Origin: Mobula hypostoma
Taxonomy: Eukaryota
NCBI RefSeq assembly: GCF_963921235.1
Contig: NC_086097.1
Span: 60,576,001-60,640,000 of the forward strand
Length of the DNA: 64,000 bases
Reading direction: 5' to 3'
Of this stretch, positions 58,465 through 64,000 are shown piece after piece. The notes beneath the pieces were generated by a model that was not told the DNA's origin, ran no database searches, and saw only the letters and a list, made by a program, of their open reading frames with translations. The number at the start of each line of letters is the position of its first letter. Position 1 is the first letter of the stretch. Both the position numbers and the translations under genes were made by a program.

Positions 58465-61405
58465 TGAATTGAATTGAATGGACTTTATTGCTTACATCCT
58501 TCATATATATGAGGAGTAAAAATCTTCATGCTATATCTCTGTCTAAATGTGCAATGTACAATTTATAGTAATTTATAATAAATAGTATGTACGGAAAACA
58601 GGACAGTCAATATAACATAGAAATACAATTGTATCAGCATGAATTAATCAGTCTGATGGCCTAGTAAAAGATGGCCTGTCCTGTAGCCTGTTGGACCTGG
58701 CTTTTATGCTGCGGTACTCTTTCCCGGATAGTAGCAGCTGGAACCGTTTGTGGTTGGGGTGACACGGGCCCCCAATGATCCTTCAGGCCATTTTTGCACA
58801 CCCGTCCTTGTAAATTTCCTGAATAGTGGGAAGTTCACATCTACAGATGCGTTGGGCTGTCCGAACCACTCTCTGCAGAGTCCTGCGATTGAGAGAAGTG
58901 CAGTTCCCATGCCAGACAATGATGCAGCCAGTTAGGATGCTCCTAATTGTGTATCTGTAGAAAGGATGTGCGGGCCCATACCAAACTTCTTCAACAGTCT
59001 ATTACCATATGACCATATAACAATTACAGCACAGAAACAGGCCATCTCGGCACTCTAGTCCGTGCTGAATGCTTATTCTCACCTAATCCCAACAACCTGC
59101 ACTCAGTCCATAACCCTCTATTCCTTTCCTGTCCATATAGCTATCCAATTTTACTTTAAATGACAATATCGAGCCTGCCTCCACCACTTCTACTGGAGGC
59201 TCGTTCCACACAGCTACCGCTCTCTGAGTAAAGAAGTTCCCCCTCGTGTTACCTCTAAACTTTTGCCCCCTAACTCTCAACTGATGTCCTCTTGTTTGAA
59301 TCTCCCCTACTCTCAATGGAAAAAGCCTATCCACGTCAACTCTATCTATCCCCTTCATAATTTTAAATACCTCTATCAAGTCCCCCGCAACCTTCTACGC
59401 TCCAAAAAATAAAGACCCAACTTGTTCAACCTTTCTCTGTAACTTAGGTGCTGAAACCCAGGTAACGTTCTAGTAAATCTTCTCTGTACTCTCTCTATTT
59501 TGTTGACATCTTTCCTATAATTCGGTGACCGGAACTGTACACAATACTCCAAATTTGTCCTTACCAATGCCTTGTACAATTTTAGCATTACATCCCAACT
59601 CCTATACTCAATGCTCTGATTTCTAAAGGCCAGCATATGAAAAGCTTTCTGCACCACCCTATCCATATGAGATTCCACCTTCAGGGAACTATGCACCATT
59701 ATTCCTAGATCCCTCTGTTCTACTGCATTCTTCAATGCCCTACTATTTACCATGTATGTCCTATTTTGATGAGTCCTACCAAAATGTAGCACCTCACACT
59801 TATCAGCATTAAACTCCATCTGCCATCTTTCAGCCCACTCTTCTAACTGGCCTAAAACTATCTGCAAGCTTTGAAAGCCTACTGCATTATCCACAACACC
59901 ACCTATCTTAGTATCATCTGCATACTTACTAATCCAATTTACCACCCCATCATCCAGATCATTAATGTATATGACAAACAACATTGGACCCAATACAGAT
60001 CCCTGAGGCACAACGCTAGTCACCAGCCTCCAACCTAACAAACAGCTATCCACCACTAATCTCTGGCATCTTCCATCCAGCCACTGTTGAATCCATTTTA
60101 CTACTTCAATATTAATACCTAACGATTGAACCTTCCTAACTAACCTTCCATGTGGAACCTTGTCAAAGGCCTTACTGAAGTCCATATAGACAACATCCAA
60201 CGCTTTACCCTCATCAACTTTCCTAGTAACCTCTTCAAAAAATTCAATAAGATTTGTCAAACATGACCTTCCACGCACAAATCCATGTTGACTGTTCCTA
60301 ATCAGACCCTGTCTATCCAGATAATTATATATACCATCTCTAAGAATACTTTCCATTAATTTACCCACCACTGACGTCAAACTTACAGGCCAATAATTGC
60401 TAGGTTTACCTTTAGAGCCCCTTTTTTAAACAATGGAACAACACGAGCAATACGCCAGTCCTCCGGCACCATCCCCGTTTCTAATGACATCTGCAATATT
60501 TCTGTCAGAACCCCTACTATTTCTATACTAGCTTCCCTCAAGGTCCTAGGGAATATCCTGTCAGGACCCGGAAACTTACCCACTTTTTTACAGTCTGAGG
60601 TGAAGGAGACACTGTTGTGCTTTTTCACCACACAGCCGGTATTTATAGACCACGTGAGATCCTCGGTGTTGTGTATGCTGAGGAACTTAAAGCTGTTTAC
60701 CCTCTCAACCCCAGCTTTATTAATGTCATTAGGGGTAGCCTGTCTCCATTCCTCCTGTAGTCCACAACCAACTCCTTTGCTTTTGAGACATTGAGAGAGA
60801 GGTTGTTTTCTTGACGCAACTGTGTCAGGGTGATGATTTCCTCTCTGTAGGCTGCATCATTACTATTTGAGATTAGACCAATCGGTGTAGTATCGACAGC
60901 AAATATAATCAGCAGATTGGAGCTGTGTGTAGTAACACAGGCATGGGTATACAAAAAGTAAATGAGGGGGCTTACGACCCAGCCCTGAGGGACACATGTG
61001 TTAAGGATCAGAGGTGCAGAGGTGAGGGAGCCCACTCTTACCACCTGTTGGCGATCTGACAGGAAGTCCAGGATTCAGCTACACAAGGCAGGGTGAAGAC
61101 CGAGGTCTCTGAGCTTCTTGTCGAGACTGGAGGTAATTATGGTGTTAAATGCTGAACTGCAGTCCAATGACAGCATTCACACATAAGCATCCCTCTTCTA
61201 CAGATGTGTGAGGGCAGTGTGTAGAGCTGTGGGTATTACATGATCTGTCGATCAGTTGCGTCGGTACATGAATTGTAGGGGGTCCAGTGTGGGTGGCAGC
61301 ATGCTGCAGATGTAGCCCTTGACCAGCCTCTCAAAGCTTATTACTGAGATGAGTGCGACAGGACGCCAGTCGTTCAGACATGTTATCTTGGTCTTTTTAG
61401 GTACA
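58465..61405 (-). mobile_element. Rex1-like LINE interrupted by a CR1
   Basis: ORF 60697-61044 (VPQGWVVSPLIYFLYTH..FAVDTT), the 3' part at 58465-59000, and a (CAATT)n tail. Confidence 0.85.
59001..60589 (-). mobile_element. CR1 LINE RT/3' part
   Basis: ORF 59376-60380 (YADDTK); TSD ACAGTCT at 58994-59000 and 60590-60596. Confidence 0.95.
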
Positions 61406-62318
61406 GGAGGCAGTTTGGTATGAGAGTGTTCAGACTCATTTCATCACAGCCTAGTGGGAGGATCAGAAGAAGCTGCAGATCAGCCAGTTCCATCGCAGGT
61501 TCAACCCTCCCCAGCACTGAGGAAATCTGTAAGAAACAATGCCTCAAGAAGGTGGCACTCTCGCCCTCTTCTCATTATCACCAGCAGGGAGGGAGTATAG
61601 GAGTTGATGACCTACACTCAATGATTCAGAAGCAGCTTCTTTCGTTCTGCCGTCAGGCAGTTCACTACCCATAAATGCTACCTTATGATTCTTTATTTCA
61701 ACACTATTTATTCTGAAATTCATTTTATTTTAAATTGTATTCCTTTGCACTGTATTGCTGCTGCAAAACAACACATTTCACATCATAATAGAGTTAATAA
61801 ACCTGTTCTGGATTAACTCTTACTTGTATAGGTCCTTCCTTATTCTACACCTGAGTTGCCTATTAGTTGTGTTCAATACTTTGGATTCTGAAATCTTCAC
61901 ATATGAATGAAATCTCTAAAACAAATGTTCATAGCGTAGCGATTTTATAATTAGAGCGCTGTGCAAGAGGGGGCTGTTTTATGCAATAAACAGCATATTA
62001 TATAATAATGGGTTGCATAGAAAATGTAAAGGGTGAACTTATTTTACTATAGTAATTATAGAGCTCAGGTGTGCAGGTACTGTTTATCCAATTGTTAATG
62101 AAGATTTCAAGCAATGCTTGTGGTGATATCACGTGCAATGATGTGCCAGTACATGATTGGACAGAGCACTGAGCATGGGCGGGATTGCCAGATTGTTCCA
62201 GCACGTGGCTGGGTTAAGACATGTTTGTTTACTACTGTAAATAAAAGTTCCCTAATTCTTCCAGAATATGATTCTTTACTGTTAACCTACAGTACGTTTA
62301 AACAGAAGTAACATAACA

Positions 62319-62333
62319 TGGTGTCAGAAGTGG
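62319..62333 (+). promoter_or_regulatory. tRNA primer-binding site (tRNA-Leu-like)
   Basis: TGGTGTCAGAAGTGG lies directly after the LTR and is complementary to a ...CCACTTCTGACA-CCA tRNA 3' end. Confidence 0.75.
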
Positions 62334-63029
62334 TTCTGGAGGAATAATAAGGGAGTGTCGAGAATTGAAGATAATCAAAAAAAAGTTCAAACTGTAAATG
62401 GCAAAATGGATGGTTTACAACCCCCAACAAAACTTCAGCTGACTGGCAATGTTGCTGAGAATTGGAGGATATTCAAGCAACAGTTTGAATTGTACTTATC
62501 AGCCATCGATTATGAAGAAAAATGGGAAAAAAACAAAGTTGCGCTTTTGCTCCATGTAATCGGGAATGACGCGATAGAGATATATCATAATTTTGTCTTT
62601 GAAGATGGAGATAATTTCAATTTAAAGTCGATAATGGACAGATTTGAACTATTTTGTATACCTAAGTGTAATTTAATGTATGAGTGATATAAATTCTTCA
62701 CATGTGCGCAGAGAGCTGCTGAAACAATTGATCAGTATGTTACTGAGTTAAGAAAGCATAGTAGAACATGTGAGTTTGGATTGCTCACAGACTCTCTCAT
62801 TAAAGATAGACTTGTTTGTGGCATTTGAAATATTGCTCTGTGAGAAAGGCTGTTGAGAGAGCAAGATTTAAATTTTGAAAAAGCTTTGGGACTTTGAAAA
62901 GCTTCTAGGACCATGACGTTGCAGGCTGAAGAGCTTTTTGTCAAGAACTGCAATGTAAACACTGTAAAACAGTGCGAATACATCAAGAAATATAATAATA
63001 CGTTGACAAAACCGACAGAGACCAAGATG

Positions 63030-63570
63030 GCATTGAGATGTCTCTACTTCCTGAGGAGACTGAGGTCCTTTAACATCTGCCGGACGATGCTGAGTATGTT
63101 CTATGAGTCTGTGGTGGCCAGTGCTGTTGTGTGCTGGGGCAGCAGGCTGAGGGTAGCAGACACCAACAGAATCAATAAACTCATTCGTAAGGCCAGTGAT
63201 GTTGTGGGGATGGAACTGGACTCTCTGACGGTGGTGTCTGAAAAGAGGATGCTGTCCAAGTTGCATGCCATCTTGGACAATGTCCCCCATCCACTACATA
63301 ATGTACTGGTTGGGCACAGGAGTACATTCAGCCAGAGACTCATTCCACTGAGATGCAACACACAGCGTCATAGGAAGTCATTCCTGCCTGTGGCCATCAA
63401 ACTTTACAACTCCTCCCTTGGAGGGTCAGACAGCCTGAGCCAATAGGCTGGTCCTGGACTTATTTCCTGGCATAATTTACATATTACTATTTAATTATTT
63501 ATGATGCAAATGTAACGAAAACTAATTTCCCCTGGGATCAATAAAGTATGACTATGACTACTATGACTAT
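63030..63570 (+). mobile_element. Rex1-like LINE 3' fragment inserted in gag
   Basis: LYFLRRLRSFNICRTMLSMFYESVVAS..SFLPVAIKLYN, then GGGATCAATAAAG and a (TATGAC)n tail. Confidence 0.9.
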
Positions 63571-64000
63571 GAAGAAAAAAGTCATGTGATCGCTGTGCGC
63601 AGGAACCTTGTCCAAATCAATGCCCGCATATGGCAAAATTCGCCAAGGCTGCGGTAAGATTAATCACTGTTCTAAAAGTAGAAAGAAGGAAAATAAACTG
63701 AAACAAGTAAATGCTGTGCTTGAAGATGAACGTGAGGAATTTTATATAGATGTGCTTTGTGAAAATAAGCAAAGTAAGAATGACTGGACTATTCCATTGC
63801 AAGTGAATCAAAACAATATTCTGTTTAAACTTGGTACTGGAGCACAAGTAAATGTTCTTGCAGAATCTGAGTTTAATGCTTTAAAGCGAAGATCGAAGTT
63901 ACATCAGACAAATATAAAAGTGACTGGGTATTCAGGTGCAGACGTTCCAGTTAAAGGAACATGCGTGGCAAAGGTATCACACAAAAATATAGTGCATACG

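Larger units (their letters stand above)
54270..61815 (+). mobile_element. Old Rex1-like LINE 3' part split into pieces (54270-54497, 54853-~54885, 58406-58465, 61410-61815) by nested insertions
   Basis: The pieces are collinear with the Rex1 RT C-terminus (NNLAF..ELIVDLRK; VNI..LSW; KKA..LHFIR; IAGSTLPSTEEI; 3' UTR). Confidence 0.6.
62093..64000 (+). mobile_element. Gypsy LTR retrotransposon 5' part (LTR, PBS, gag, protease), running off the window
   Basis: LTR ~62093-62318 (TGTTA...TAACA, AATAAA). Gag GNVAENWRIFKQQFELYL and IKDRLVCG, zinc knuckles at ~63585-63670, and a protease-like FKLGTGAQVNVL. Confidence 0.88.

Noticed and set aside
62913..63446. 177-aa gag-Rex1 fusion ORF
   Set aside because: It is a chance in-frame junction of a Rex1 3' fragment inserted into a dead gag; the upstream gag has stops.

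Overview
This is a repeat-saturated vertebrate genomic window. The repeat repertoire (CR1 LINEs, Rex1/Babar LINEs, V-SINEs, Penelope pLTRs) suggests a cartilaginous fish, probably a ray; that is inference. No host protein-coding gene can be supported, and nearly all long ORFs are decayed transposon ORFs. Contents: many CR1 and Rex1/Babar-like LINE copies (often nested), an I-clade LINE with RNase H, three Gypsy LTR elements and two copies of a further LTR, a Charlie/Buster-type hAT transposon, a Tc1 fragment, tRNA-derived SINEs, and a recurring ORF-less 0.7-1 kb retroposon. The most interesting signal is a Penelope-type pseudo-LTR family carrying minimal type I hammerhead ribozyme motifs (AGTC-CTGANGA-stem II-GAAA-CGTC-GACT), seven motifs at five loci. 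These include a 389-nt tandem unit whose deletion junction is itself repeated (retrozyme/circular-RNA-like), and two TSD-flanked inverted-repeat insertions. Also notable is a TSD-bounded sushi-like Gypsy element that shows the Tf1-type self-priming signature. Its 21-bp internal minisatellite reappears as a templated insertion about 11 kb away. All calls were made by eye; boundaries of decayed elements are approximate.
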